Assembly: GCA_963730605.1 (NCBI GenBank)
Contig: CAVSSM010000002.1
Span: 256,001 to 320,000 of the forward strand
Direction of reading: 5' to 3'
Source: an uncultured Chlamydiae bacterium
GTDB lineage: Bacteria; Chlamydiota; Chlamydiia; Chlamydiales; SM23-39
Length of the DNA: 64,000 bases
This document shows, in pieces, positions 29,946 through 41,822 of the stretch. The notes under the pieces were generated by a model that saw only the letters and a list, made by a program, of their open reading frames with translations, had not been told where the DNA came from and did no database searches. A program made the position numbers and the translations under genes. Each line of letters opens with the position of its first letter. Position 1 is the stretch's first letter.

Positions 29946-30637
29946 GCCTTTTTCCACAGCCGTCACCCCCTCCTCTTAATCCTGGGCAAGTCCCCGATGC
30001 CTGGCGGATTTTCCGCATCATGGCCGAATTCGTCGACGGCTTCGAGATGATGGCCTCCCTTGGGCCGGCGGTGGCGATCTTCGGGTCGACAAATCCGAAC
30101 CCCAAAGATGTAAAATACTACCGGCTCGCCGAGGAAATCGCGAAGAAAATCGCTGCCAAGGGCTTTGGGATCATCACAGGCGGCGGTCCCGGAATCATGG
30201 CATGCGCGAACAAGGGCGCGCAAGAAAGCGGGGGAAAGTCGTGCGGCCTCTGCATCAGTCTTCCTGTCGCAGAAAAAGCCAACGCCTATATCGACACCCG
30301 CTACGAAATCAACTTTCGGTATTTCTTTGTGAGAAAGGTGATGTTCGTCCGGTATGCGAAGGCTCTTGTCATCCTGCCGGGAGGTTACGGGACCCTGGAC
30401 GAATTTTTCGAGGCTTTGACGCTGATCCAAACCCAAAAAATCAAGCCCTTTCCCATCTATCTCGTTGGGCAAGACTATTATAAAGGATTATTGGACTGGC
30501 TCCGCTCTACCGTCCTCGCGCAAGGCAATATCGCGAAGGGAGATTTCGATCTGATCCGCCTGACCGACGACCCAGATGAGATTGCAAACGGAATCGAAGA
30601 GCATCTCCGGCATGTCCGCCACCTCGAGAACTTCTAA
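29942..30637 (+). CDS. LOG-family Rossmann-fold protein
   Basis: TGGGPGIM, FFVRKVMF and PGGYGTLDE motifs. Confidence 0.9.
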   Translation: MSLFPQPSPPPLNPGQVPDAWRIFRIMAEFVDGFEMMASLGPAVAIFGSTNPNPKDVKYYRLAEEIAKKIAAKGFGIITGGGPGIMACANKGAQESGGKSCGLCISLPVAEKANAYIDTRYEINFRYFFVRKVMFVRYAKALVILPGGYGTLDEFFEALTLIQTQKIKPFPIYLVGQDYYKGLLDWLRSTVLAQGNIAKGDFDLIRLTDDPDEIANGIEEHLRHVRHLENF

Positions 30638-30642
30638 GGTGC

Positions 30643-32506
30643 CTAGCGCGCTCGCAGGGCATTTAAAATCACGATGACGTCAATCACCTCTTGCAGAAGG
30701 GCCCCGACCGCAGGGACAATCCGTCCCGCCGCGGCGATGACCATCAAGAGAACGCTTAGGCCCATTCCAAGGATAATGCACTGTTTGGCGATATAGAGCA
30801 TCCTACGGCTGACCCGGATCGCATCTTCGACTTTGGTCGGATCGTCCTCTAAGAGTACGATATCTGCGGCTTCCGCGGAGATGCCGCTGCCATGGGCTCC
30901 CATGGCCATCCCGACCGTCGCGGCGGCCAATGCGGGAGCGTCGTTGATCCCATCGCCGACCATGAGAGTTGGATGGGTTTCTTCGATTTTTTTGATCATC
31001 TCGAGTTTTTGCTCTGGCAAAAGCTGCGATGCGACTATTTTGATGCCCGCCTCCTTTGCGATCGTTTGGGCGTTGCTTTCGATATCGCCGGTGAGCATGA
31101 CCACTTGATCGATGCCAAGTCCGTATAAATGCTCGACCATCTCGGAAATGCCCGGCCGGATCCGGTCGTTTACGACAAAAAAACCAAGAGGGCGGCCTCG
31201 GTCCGCGATGAATACCAGCTGTTTCCCTTCAAGCGTAGTGCGGTCGATGATCCCTTTCCATTTTGCAAGGCAGCCCGCTCCGAGCTCTTCTTCGATAAAG
31301 AGAAAAGAGCCGACCAGGTACTCCTTACCCTCTACCTTTCCTTTAACGCCCCTTCCTGGGATTTCCTTGGGATCTGAGGGCACTGGAAGAGGCTTTGGGA
31401 ATTCGAGCGCCTTATCGACAAACGTCTTAGCCAAAAAATGAAGAGAGCTGTTCGACCGCGGCGGCCTTTTGGAGGAGATCCTCTTCCAACACGTCCTGGA
31501 AGGGGACAGTTTTTTCGATCACCGGGGTTCCGTAAGTGATCGTTCCGGTCTTATCAAAAACGACTGCGCGCGCCTGCCCGACCTGCTCCATTGGAGTGCC
31601 CCCTTTGATGATGATACCCAGCTCAGCAGCCTTATTCATTCCGCTGATGACGGCGAGCGGAGTCGCAAGAATCAGGGGACAAGGAGTCGCGACGACAAAG
31701 ACGGATAAGATCGCGGTCGGATCGCCCGTATAAAAATATCCTATGGCCGCAAATGCCAATGTCATAGGGGTAAAGACGACCGCATAGCGGTCAGCCAAGC
31801 GCTGGATCGGGGCTTTTTCCATGTGCGCTTTCTTGACAAGGTCGATGATTTTCGCGTACTGGCTCTCTTTGCTGAGTTTATCGGCTCTCATCTCGAAAGA
31901 GCCGTTGACATCGATGCTGCCGCTATAGACTCCATCTCCTGGCCCTTTTCCGCGAGCCAGCGGCTCTCCGGTCAGGGCCGATTCGTCGATTTCACAAGTT
32001 CCCTTGAGGATCGTCCCATCGACCGGAACGAGATCTCCGGAGCGGACGATCAAAATGTCCCCTACCCGGATTTGCCCAATCTCGATCTTCTCGATATGGC
32101 CATCCGTTTTACGGAATGCCTCTCGTGGGGCCCTAGCGATGAGAGCCTCTAAGGAAGAGGTCGCTCTTCTTAAGCCGAAATCTTCGATCGCCTCTCCCCC
32201 AGATTGCATCAATACCACAACGGCTCCGGCAAACGCCTGGTCCATCAAGATCGCCGTGACAATCGCGAGCATGGCGACGATGTCGGTGGCGAAATGGCCC
32301 TTCAGCATCCCCAGAGATGTCTTGTAGACGATCGGAACTGCGCCGAGGATCAAAGTCGCAAACCAAATCCAATGGCTAATCGCTGGGTCGGCCACACTGA
32401 ATTTGCAGACGATTCCTAGGATAAGTCCAAAGACTGCGAAAAGAGGAATCGGATAATGACGAGAGAACGTCCAAATTTTATGCAGTGCCGAAGAAGCCGT
32501 CGCCAT
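30643..32506 (-). CDS. P1B heavy-metal-translocating ATPase (frameshift near 31430)
   Basis: TGE, TPCP, DKTGT and GDGINDAPA motifs. Confidence 0.9.
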
Positions 32507-32561
32507 TCCCTAGAATTAGCAAATCGAAAGATTACTTGAAAATTAAACCAACTTCAGTACA

Positions 32562-33188
32562 ATGCATGCAGCTAGGTATGTAATGGCCAGTTTTAGAGTC
32601 CATGCTGTAACGGCCCTAGTGGCCAGTGTCGGCGCAGCAGCCTACACGGTAGCCTTGAACCACTTTCCTCTCTACTTGGGAGGGCTGCTATGCGCTCTAG
32701 GCTTCATTGGGGGGTTGGCGCCAGATATCGATTCCGGGGAAACGAAAATGGCTCGCTACAGCGGCCTTGGATTGGGAGCTTCCCTCGCTCTTTTCGCGTA
32801 CTTGCTATCACATAGTTATCTCATTGCCATTATCGGGTTCATTCCTTTGGTCAAGTTGATTCAAGTAGGGATCAAGAAATGGATGACCCATCGTGGTGTT
32901 TTCCATTCCCTTCCCATGGGACTGCTTCTTTCCATTGTTGTTTTCTACCTTTTCGATTTCCTTGGATTTTCCCCTTTCTTTTCCCTTTTTTGCGGGGGAT
33001 TTCTCGGGGGAGGATATTTGCTCCATCTCGTGTTGGATGAAATATGGAGCTTGAGGAAAGGAATCAGCAAACAATGTTCTTTTGGCACAGCCCTCCAGCT
33101 TTATCGACCCATCTTTTGGAAATCGTTTCTCGCCACCTATGCCTTACTTGGATTTGCCATTTACAAATTGCCGTTTTCCTGGTTCTAA
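32562..33188 (+). CDS. Membrane-bound metal-dependent hydrolase
   Basis: PDID, HRGVFHS and HLVLD motifs. Confidence 0.85.
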   Translation: MHAARYVMASFRVHAVTALVASVGAAAYTVALNHFPLYLGGLLCALGFIGGLAPDIDSGETKMARYSGLGLGASLALFAYLLSHSYLIAIIGFIPLVKLIQVGIKKWMTHRGVFHSLPMGLLLSIVVFYLFDFLGFSPFFSLFCGGFLGGGYLLHLVLDEIWSLRKGISKQCSFGTALQLYRPIFWKSFLATYALLGFAIYKLPFSWF

Positions 33189-33200
33189 AAATTTAGGTCT

Positions 33201-34066
33201 CTACTTCTTCCCTCTCGGAACCCGAATCCAGTCCTTCAGGACAATCTGATTCGTCATCCAATCCCACCATGTGCCGAACCAGCTATCGGGCGTCGCGACG
33301 ATTTTGCCGGATTGCGGTTCAAGTAGGCTGCCCACCATGAAAATGTGGAATTGGCCGTAATGATGTGCTTGCACTTCGTAAGTAAATAGAAATCGTGGTA
33401 GTGTTTGGTGTTTTCGATGAAGATGAGGTTCGGCGCGATGTGGGCAAGGTTCTCCTTGCACCAATCGATCCTGTCGGAGCAGACGACAAATAGCGCTTCC
33501 TTGGGAAATAGCTTGACGGCGTTTTCGTAGTATTCGACCCCTGTAAAACAATGGACTTCGTCAATTGTCGGAAGGTGTCTGTAATCTTTCAAATACGTTC
33601 GGACGTGAAGGCCGACCGAGCAGGGATGGGATAGAATTTCTGGGTAGGTCGCGGCGAGATAGTCGAGAATCTCCTGCGTGGGTGAGAAGGCATCAATAAC
33701 GGCATCCTTATGGTGGGCGAAAAACTTCTCCGATTGGAAATAACCCTGGATTTTCACGTTTTTGAATTCGGGAATGGGGATCGTGCCATTGTCTGCGAAA
33801 AAAACCTCGACCGGCTCGGGGGGATTGTTGGGGTTCAGCCTGGAAAAGAAATGGATCCGGTTGAGGGGCATGTTCCACCAACCACACTCGCTTAAGGAGG
33901 GAAAGTAGGCGTCTAAATCATGATCGAGCGCGTAAGCGATCGTGGCGGCGGCCTGGAACATTTGATTCCCAAGCTCGTATTGCAGATGTCCTACGACGAA
34001 AGGCTTCGCTCCAAGGGCGCTGCAAAAGAGGGAGAGTCCAAAGAAGATCCGACGACAATGCCTCAT
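33201..34066 (-). CDS. GT11 alpha-1,2-fucosyltransferase-like protein (late frameshift)
   Basis: LGNQMFQ, GYFQSEKFF, HVR and ANSTFSWWAAYL motifs. Confidence 0.88.
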
Positions 34067-34104
34067 TTGAAAATCCTAAAAAACCGAGCAAGGATAAAAT
34101 AGAA

Positions 34105-35217
34105 TCACATATTTTTAAAGTGGCGGGCGTAGGCGCTCAGCACACGATAAAGATAAGCGAGCGCCTGTTCATCGGTTAGGGTCGAAACTCCAAACCGATA
34201 GCTCCTTTCGGCGATCGCTTTCGCTTCCCTGTCATTTGCCTTGGCCCAAAGGATCTTTTCCACAAGATCGGCGCTATCGGGGCGGATCTGGATGAAATGC
34301 TCATCGGGCTTTAACGCATCGTAGAACCATTCGATCCGATTCGATTGCGTCTTGAAAATCAGGCTGTGCGTCGTCAGCTCCCATTCAAAACTGGAAGGGG
34401 ATGCGGCGCCGTCGAGCGTTAGGAGATACTTATATGCGGTTTGCTCGCTCGGCAAAGACGCCGCGGCAAGAAGGCGTAACGAGGAGAGCCAATGAGTGTA
34501 ATATTCATTGAGATCGGGGCTCGGGACGAGGTAGGCGTCGATCAGGTCGGGATGGCGGCTCGCGCGGAGGGCGAGTTGGGCGCGGGGACGGAAATCCCAG
34601 TCGAAAAATCCATAGGGGCCATCGGTCGCCCTGCCGCGATAAAAGGCCTTCCCGATTTTTGTTTCCCAAGGGGAGAAGAGCCGCTGAAGCGTCTCTTCGC
34701 GGTCTGGATTCCAAAGTCGCGGAATGAGAATCGCTTTGGAATTATGCCGCTCTTTACTCACGGCAAAGACGGGGATAGTCGTTTGATTGAGGAGAAGGGG
34801 TCGGTTGAATGATGGCGCAACCGTGAGAAGAAATAGGAGTTGGGGAAGTCTTGCCGCCCTATCGAGCGCCTCGAGAGCGGAGATAAAACCGCCGAGAGAG
34901 GCTGTTTCTTTCGGCGTGAGGGGAAAAAGCGGCTCTATCTCCGCTCGGCCGTTTTCGAAGAGAATCCGAACGAGGCCCGCTTTCTCGATGCCCTGCATCC
35001 CTTTGAGTTTTTCCAGACAGGCGGCGATGTCGGAAGAGGAAAACCCGTTTTTGAAGAATAGGAAATCGGCCTCGATCCTCTTTTCCATCCAAACAGGCAA
35101 AGCTTTTTCGAGATTCCTTGCCAAATATCCAGGGGTTAGGTTCCAGGAAAACATTGTGGACTGAAAGAGAAAAACAAACAAAATAGTCCTTTTTGTAAAA
35201 TGGCGAGCTTGCACCAT
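34105..35217 (-). CDS. GT90 (CAP10-like) glycosyltransferase
   Basis: KAFYRG, YKYLLTLDG and EWFYDALKP motifs. Confidence 0.8.
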   Translation of the reverse strand: MVQARHFTKRTILFVFLFQSTMFSWNLTPGYLARNLEKALPVWMEKRIEADFLFFKNGFSSSDIAACLEKLKGMQGIEKAGLVRILFENGRAEIEPLFPLTPKETASLGGFISALEALDRAARLPQLLFLLTVAPSFNRPLLLNQTTIPVFAVSKERHNSKAILIPRLWNPDREETLQRLFSPWETKIGKAFYRGRATDGPYGFFDWDFRPRAQLALRASRHPDLIDAYLVPSPDLNEYYTHWLSSLRLLAAASLPSEQTAYKYLLTLDGAASPSSFEWELTTHSLIFKTQSNRIEWFYDALKPDEHFIQIRPDSADLVEKILWAKANDREAKAIAERSYRFGVSTLTDEQALAYLYRVLSAYARHFKNM

Positions 35218-36342
35218 GGTATGCCTATGATTTTTTTCTGGTTTGCGTTGTTGAGTGCGATCAGATTAATCGCTTTTGAATTTTCTTGGGAAAAAATTCA
35301 TGAGAAGCTCAACCGGCCGCTTCCCGATTGGATGCGCCGGCAGATCGAGGAAGATTTGGAGCCGTTTGCCTCGCAAAAGATCGCAAGCGAGGCGATCGAG
35401 GAGACGATCCGCGACGTTTGTAAGATCCCATCCGGAAGCCAAGCGGGTTTTGTCCGCTACCAGATTCGAAATAACAAGATCTCGGTAACAAGCCCCACCG
35501 AGCGGCAAAGCGATGCGCGTATCGCCCATGTGGTCGAAGTGTTGGAAGACCTGGCCAAAGGACTTACGCTGCCCGACGTCGATTTTCTTGCGGCCCTTTG
35601 GGATTCCTATGACAATCCTATCTATCTCGAAAAAACCCGCTGTCCCGTGTTCACGATTTGCAAGCTGAAAAGAAACCGGCATGGCGTGCTGATCCCTGAG
35701 TTTCGGAATTTTTCCTACCGGCAGCGGCTAGCCGCGGACATCCATTGGCATAGCGAGCGCTCGCCTTGGAATGAAAAGATCCCCAAGGCGTTTTGGCGCG
35801 GCATGACGTCGGGTTGGAACTACACCTTCTACGAATGGGACATGAGGCCCCGTTCCCGCCTCGTTCTGCTCTCGCAGGCGCGCCCCGATCTTCTTGATGC
35901 GGCCTTCACTTCTCCCTTTTCTCTCGATGAATCGGTGAAAAACATTATGGAGCGCTACCGGATGTTCCAGCCTTGGAAGTATCCGGTCGAATTCGTGAAC
36001 TATAAATATTTGGTCTCGATCGACGGCAATACCTTCGCGTCGAACCTCTGGTGGCAGCTTCTCTCGAATTCGGCCGTCATGAAAAACGACTCGGAGTATC
36101 TGGAGTGGTTTTACAAAGGGATCGAACCCTTTGTGCATTATTTGCCCTACGCCTTAGACCTCTCCGATTTTGTAGAGAAAGTCGGTTGGCTCCTCACCCA
36201 TGACAGGGAAGGAAGGCAAATCGCGGACCGCGGGCGCGAGTTTGCCTTGGAGCATTTGAGCAATGAGTCACTCGTCGTCTATTTCTACCGGTTGCTGGAG
36301 GCGTATGCGGCCCTGCAGAAAGGCGGAAAGCCGCATTTTTAG
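35200..36342 (+). CDS. GT90 (CAP10-like) glycosyltransferase
   Basis: KAFWRG, YKYLVSIDGN and EWFYKGIEPFVHY motifs. Confidence 0.85.
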   Translation: MASLHHGMPMIFFWFALLSAIRLIAFEFSWEKIHEKLNRPLPDWMRRQIEEDLEPFASQKIASEAIEETIRDVCKIPSGSQAGFVRYQIRNNKISVTSPTERQSDARIAHVVEVLEDLAKGLTLPDVDFLAALWDSYDNPIYLEKTRCPVFTICKLKRNRHGVLIPEFRNFSYRQRLAADIHWHSERSPWNEKIPKAFWRGMTSGWNYTFYEWDMRPRSRLVLLSQARPDLLDAAFTSPFSLDESVKNIMERYRMFQPWKYPVEFVNYKYLVSIDGNTFASNLWWQLLSNSAVMKNDSEYLEWFYKGIEPFVHYLPYALDLSDFVEKVGWLLTHDREGRQIADRGREFALEHLSNESLVVYFYRLLEAYAALQKGGKPHF

Positions 36343-36374
36343 AGGATGCGCCAAAAAATATTAGTGGGATAGGT

Positions 36375-36677
36375 TCAAGCTTTCTTCAGGTGCTTGCCGA
36401 TCGCTCCGGCCATCTTTAGCATATCGATCGGCCTTTTGCCGAGCACTTCGGAGAGCTTCGCGTCTGGATTGATCATTCTTCTATTTTTCGTATCTTGTAA
36501 TTTTCTCGCCTTGATATACACCCAGATTTTTTTCACGACCTGGGGGCGGGTCGCTTTTTTAGTGCCTACGACCTCCGCAAGCTCGGGAGAGAGATGATAC
36601 TGGAGTTGAGTCAGTCCCGATGATTTTCTTTTTGTTCTTTTTGTTTTCGCTTTCGCTCTTCTTTTTTTGATGGCCAT
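36375..36677 (-). CDS. SWIB/MDM2-domain protein with a basic N-terminus
   Basis: LSPELAEVVG...RPQVVKKIWVYIK..LQD..NRRMINPD. Confidence 0.9.
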   Translation of the reverse strand: MAIKKRRAKAKTKRTKRKSSGLTQLQYHLSPELAEVVGTKKATRPQVVKKIWVYIKARKLQDTKNRRMINPDAKLSEVLGKRPIDMLKMAGAIGKHLKKA

Positions 36678-36737
36678 ATGAATTCTTCCTTTTTTCTTGC
36701 GCTCTCGAGCTTTCTCGGCACGCATCCATTCAACACT

Positions 36738-36938
36738 TTTATGTATAAATTTTTTGAAATGAATGCAAGAAGATATACTGCGACCGTTCAAAAAGAGTGA
36801 AAAATGCCACTGCGGAATCACAAAAAATGTCTGGGAGACATTTTTTGTGCGAAGCAGCGCCCTGAATTTGAGCCAGGCGAAGCTGGCGTCGAAGCAGCTA
36901 AACTTGAAAAGTTTAGCGCCGGGGTCCCCGAAGACGCA
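36738..36938 (+). repeat. 201-bp direct repeat, left copy (IS1634 target duplication)
   Basis: Identical to 38766-38966. Confidence 0.95.
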
Positions 36939-38765
36939 CCTGACTTTGACACTTTGATCACCTAAAAACACATAAGAATTTGATTCTCAATATCTATCGA
37001 AAAAATATGTTGTGCCTAAATAATTTTATTTTCATAAATATAATTTTGTAGTACATTGTTGTGCCATGTATGTAAGACTCAAGTCGTCAAAGAGCTCAAG
37101 GCACTCTACTCTCCAGATTGTTGAAGGCATTCGGGAGGGGAAAAAAGTTAGGCAGCGAGTAGTTGCATCTCTCGGCATTGTCAACGATCAAAAAAACCTG
37201 AAGAACCTTTTGAAGTTGGCTGAGAGTTTAATTCGGAAAATCGAAAAGCAGGGGCTCTCTGTCGCTCCTAAAGTTGAGATCAGCAAGCTCTTTCATACCA
37301 TGACGGTTTACGATGGGTTCGGGACTGTCGTTAGCAGACTGATGCAGCTGACAGGGTTTTCCAAGATCCTTCGAGAAGCTCAGGGGAAAAACGAGTTCGA
37401 TCTCGAAGAGACAATCAAACTGATGATCACCCAACGTCTCGATTTACCCAGCAGTAAACTACGAACATACGAGCGTCAAGTGGACCATGGTTTCGAGGGG
37501 ATCGATTTGCATCATCTCTATCGGGCAATGGACACGATCGAGCCATTGAATGGTCAGATTCAAGAACAGGCATTTAAATCTGCTTGTTCCATAAATAGTT
37601 GCCAAGTTGATTGCTTTTTCTTCGATGTAACAACACTGTATTTCGAGAGTATAACGCAAGATGAACTCAAGGATTTTGGCTTTAGCAAAGATCAAAAACA
37701 TCACAACGTACAGATCGTTTTGGCTCTCGTTGTTGATCAAGAGGGACTGCCACTTGCTTACGATACCTTCAAGGGCAATCTAGCAGAGACAAAAACACTC
37801 ATCCCCGTACTCGAGTCGCTGAGGAGTCGTTTCTCTGTTCAGAACGTGACTGTGGTTTGCGATAGAGGGCTGGCAAGTAGTGCAAACGTCCAAGCTCTCC
37901 GAGCTGCTCAGTTTCATTACGTCATTGCTACAAAACTCCGTTCCATCTCGAAAAAACTCAAAATCAATGACCTATCAGCTTATGTCCCTCTGCCCAACCA
38001 AGACGGCATCCCGGAGGCTGAGCGAGTTTTAGTTCGCACTATGGAGCATCCCCAGTATGAGGATGCCCTACTGATTGCAACGTACAGTCCAAGCAGAGCA
38101 ACAAAGGACAAACAGGACCGAGAACGGCTATTGCAAAAACTGCACAATAAAATAACCGATTCTCCAAACGAAGCCTCCCTTAAAAAAGTGATCAGTAATG
38201 CAGGTTATAAAAAATATACTACCGTTAAAACTGGTTCGTCGATCTCTCTCAATCAAGCAGCGATAGATGCCGATGCTGCCTGGGATGGTTTTCATGGGAT
38301 TGCAGTTTCGAATAGTGCAAAGTTGAATACGACAGAAGCGCTGGGGCGCTACCGAGACCTCTGGCATGTTGAAGAGACATTTCGCGTGGCTAAATCCACT
38401 CTTAAAACCAGACCTATTTTTCATTGGGCACCACACAGAATCCAAGCCCACATCCTCCTCTGTTTTATTACCCTATTTTTCGAGAGATTTTTGGAGGTTC
38501 TCCTACGACAGAAAAGCACGCCGCTTACGCCGGATAGAATCAGGTACTCTCTCTCAAAAGTTCATACGATGTATTTCAAAGACTCAACCACAGACAAACA
38601 AGGAAAAATGGAATCCAGTCTCCCTGAGGATGCTGAGAATATTTTCGTAGCATTGGGAATTTCAGCAGAACGCACAACCGGAATGAACAACGGATGTTGT
38701 GCCTAAATTTTCGTTCTTATCTATTTGTAATCTAATGACTTATCCTAACAAGTGTCAAAGTCAGG
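36939..38765 (+). mobile_element. IS1634-family element, transposase 37066-38706
   Basis: 15-bp TIR CCTGACTTTGACACT; FFDVTTLYFE, GFSKD, DRG and WHVEETFR..K motifs. Confidence 0.93.
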
Positions 38766-38966
38766 TTTATGTATAAATTTTTTGAAATGAATGCAAGAAG
38801 ATATACTGCGACCGTTCAAAAAGAGTGAAAAATGCCACTGCGGAATCACAAAAAATGTCTGGGAGACATTTTTTGTGCGAAGCAGCGCCCTGAATTTGAG
38901 CCAGGCGAAGCTGGCGTCGAAGCAGCTAAACTTGAAAAGTTTAGCGCCGGGGTCCCCGAAGACGCA
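38766..38966 (+). repeat. 201-bp direct repeat, right copy
   Basis: Identical to 36738-36938. Confidence 0.95.
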
Positions 38967-39088
38967 TCGTCTTTGGGGTGGGGTGCAGACGGGTCTCAAA
39001 TTCAGTGGCTGTCCGAGGGTCCCCAAAGATGCATCATCTTTGGGGTAGGGCGCCGGCAGATTCACACTTTTTGAGCGGGAGTAGTATA
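38802..39088. mobile_element. TA-flanked MITE-like element (family B)
   Basis: TATACTGCGACCGTTCAAAAAGAGTGAA / TTCACACTTTTTGAGCGGGAGTAGTATA. Confidence 0.9.
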
Positions 39089-39089
39089 T

Positions 39090-39965
39090 TTAGGAAAAAT
39101 CTTCGGCGGCGATTTGGCAAAGGTATTTGCCGTACTCGCTGTTGGAGTATCGGCTAGCCATTGCGAGAAGCTCCCCTTTGCCGATGTAGCCTTTCCGATA
39201 GGCGATCTCCTCTATGCAGGAGATCTTGATTCCTTGCCTGTCTTGGATGGCTTGGACAAAGAGGGAGGCATGTTGGAAAGAATCGAAAGTGCCTGTGTCG
39301 AGCCAGGCATAGCCTCTGCCGAGCAGCCGCACGGTTAGCTGCTTTTTTTGGAGATAGATCCTATTGACGTCGGTAATCTCCACTTCTCCGCGTGGGCTTG
39401 GCTTCAAAGAGCGGGCGATCTCTACGACCTCCGGGCCATAGAAATAAAGGCCCGGCACGGCGTAGGGAGATTTGGGGGCCGCTGGCTTTTCTTCAATGTC
39501 GATCGCCCGCATTTCCTTGTCGAATTGGACGACCCCATACCGATTTGGGTCTTTGACCCGGTATCCGAAAATCAGCCCTCCGGATGTCAGGTGAGCGCAT
39601 TCTCGAAGGAATTTCTCGAAATCGTGCCCGTAAAACAAGTTATCGCCAAGAATGAGGCAGACAGGACTTGTTTGGATAAATGACGCTCCGACGATAAAGG
39701 CCTGGGCCAAACCGCCCGGATGCTGCTGGACGGCATAAGAAAAACGGAGGCCGAGGTCCGATCCGTCTCCAAAAAGCTTTTCGAAACAGGGCGTATCGAC
39801 AGGTGTGGAAATGATCAAAATCTCCCGGATTCCGGCCATCATGAGAACGGAGAGCGGGTAATAGATCATCGGCTTGTCGTAAATGGGAAGAAGCTGCTTG
39901 CAGACCGCCAGAGTGACAGGATAGAGCCGGGTGCCGCTGCCGCCCGCCAAGATGATCCCCTTCAT
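39090..39965 (-). CDS. rfbA: Glucose-1-phosphate thymidylyltransferase
   Basis: MKGIILAGGSGTRLYP and WLDTGT motifs. Confidence 0.95.
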   Translation of the reverse strand: MKGIILAGGSGTRLYPVTLAVCKQLLPIYDKPMIYYPLSVLMMAGIREILIISTPVDTPCFEKLFGDGSDLGLRFSYAVQQHPGGLAQAFIVGASFIQTSPVCLILGDNLFYGHDFEKFLRECAHLTSGGLIFGYRVKDPNRYGVVQFDKEMRAIDIEEKPAAPKSPYAVPGLYFYGPEVVEIARSLKPSPRGEVEITDVNRIYLQKKQLTVRLLGRGYAWLDTGTFDSFQHASLFVQAIQDRQGIKISCIEEIAYRKGYIGKGELLAMASRYSNSEYGKYLCQIAAEDFS

Positions 39966-39972
39966 CCCTGTG

Positions 39973-41342
39973 CTATTTTGGGATAGTGAATGTACACCCT
40001 TCTGCGATGAGTTGATCGATGTAGTTGATGGTGTATTCATGAGTCAAAAACCGCTTGTCTTCAAGCATGTATTGATGAAATGGAATCGTGGAATGGACCC
40101 CTGCAATATGGAACTCCCGAAGAGCCCGTTTCGCATGGGCGATGGCTTCATAGCGGGTCTTCCCCTTTACGATCAGTTTAGCGATCATCGAATCGTAATT
40201 GGGAGGAATCCGGTAGCCGCTATAGCATGCGCTATCGATGCGGACGTGCGGTCCTCCCGGAGGGATATAATGTTCAAGCTGTCCAGGAGAAGGGGCGAAA
40301 TTGCGGGCCGGATTTTCGGCGTTGATCCGAAATTCGAAGACATGGCCGTTGAACTCGATCTCTTTTTGCTTGAACGGGAGTTTTTCTCCCCGGGCGATCC
40401 GGATTTGCTGCTGGACGAGGTCGATGCCTGTGAGTTCTTCGGTGATCGTATGCTCGACTTGAATCCGGGTATTGACTTCCATGAAATAGAAATTACCCTT
40501 TTCATCGAGAAGAAATTCGACGGTCCCTGCAGAATGGTATTTAGCGGCGCGGACGATGTCGATCGCGCATGTCTCCGATTTTTTTGCGCATCGAATCGTC
40601 GACTTTGGGGCTCGGGGCCTCTTCGATGAGTTTTTGGCGACGGCGCTGGATTGTGCAATCCCTCTCCCCCAGATAGACATAATTGCCCATGTTTATCGCC
40701 AAGAACTTGCACCTCGACATGGCGAGGGTTGACGATCATCTTTTCAAGATAGACGTCGGGATTGTGGAAACTCGCCTCGGCTTCCGTGCGGGCCGCGATA
40801 AATTTTTTTACAAAGTCTTCTTCGCTATAGGCAATCCGGATCCCTTTTCCCCCGCCGCCGGCCACAGCCTTGATGAAGATCGGGAAGCCGAATTTGCGCG
40901 CCTCCTTGAGGCCTGTCTCGACATCGGAGACAATGCCCTCGGATCCCGGAATGATCGGGACATTTCACGCTTCTTGCCGTCGCTTTCGCCTCCGCTTTAT
41001 CGCCGAGGAGCGCGATGGCTTTAGAGGGAGGGCCGATGAAATTCAGGCCGCAGCTTTCGCAGATCGAGGCGAAGTTGGCGTTTTCGCTCAAAAAGCCATA
41101 GCCGGGGTGGACGGCATCGGCGCCGGTGATCTCGCAAGCTGCGATGAGATTGCGATACTTTCAGGTACGATTTTGCAGAAGGGGCTTCCCCGATGCAGAT
41201 CGCCTCATCCGCATGATGGACATGCAGCGCTTCGGCATCGGCTTCAGAATAGACAGCCACGGTCTGCAAGGCCGAGATCGTGGCATGCGCGGATGATCCG
41301 GACGGCGATCTCTCCTCGATTGGCGATGAGTACTTTTTGCAT
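39973..41342 (-). CDS. accC: Biotin carboxylase (multiple apparent frameshifts)
   Basis: [27 protein letters not shown] and [10 protein letters not shown] motifs. Confidence 0.92.
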
Positions 41343-41349
41343 GAGAGTG

Positions 41350-41821
41350 TTACTGTTTGATCCGCAAAAGGCGGGTTCCGAATTCGACAGGCTGGGCGTT
41401 GTCGGCCAGCATTTCGGCCACAGTGCCGCTCAGCCGGCTTTGACTTCGTTCATGACTTTCATCGCCTCGATGATGCAGACGACCGTCTTTTCATCGACCT
41501 TATCGCCCACTTTGACAAAAGCGGGCTGGTCAGGCGCTGCGGAGTGTATAAAAAGTGCCGACCATGGGAGAGGTGACAAAAGTGCCGCTTCAACCTGCGG
41601 CTCTTGGCGAGAAAGACCTCCCCTCTCTCCATGCAAAGCGACATCGGATTGAAACGCCCCTTCGGAAGCGATTTCACCCTGCAGCGCCCTCGAAACGGGA
41701 ACTCTTCTTACCTCCGACTCCTTTTCGAGTTGAATCTCCAAATCCCCTTTCTTAAAAATGAGCTTGGTGAGTTTGCTTTCTTCCAGATAGCCATCAATTC
41801 CTTAATCTGCTCGATTTCCAT
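41350..41821 (-). CDS. accB: Biotin carboxyl carrier protein (apparent frameshifts)
   Basis: [10 protein letters not shown]. Confidence 0.9.
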
Positions 41822-41822
41822 G

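Noticed and set aside
36678..36971. Long N-terminal extension of the SWIB protein (198-aa ORF)
   Set aside because: It runs through the MITE and IS end; ATG 36677 has an AGGA RBS and gives a typical size.
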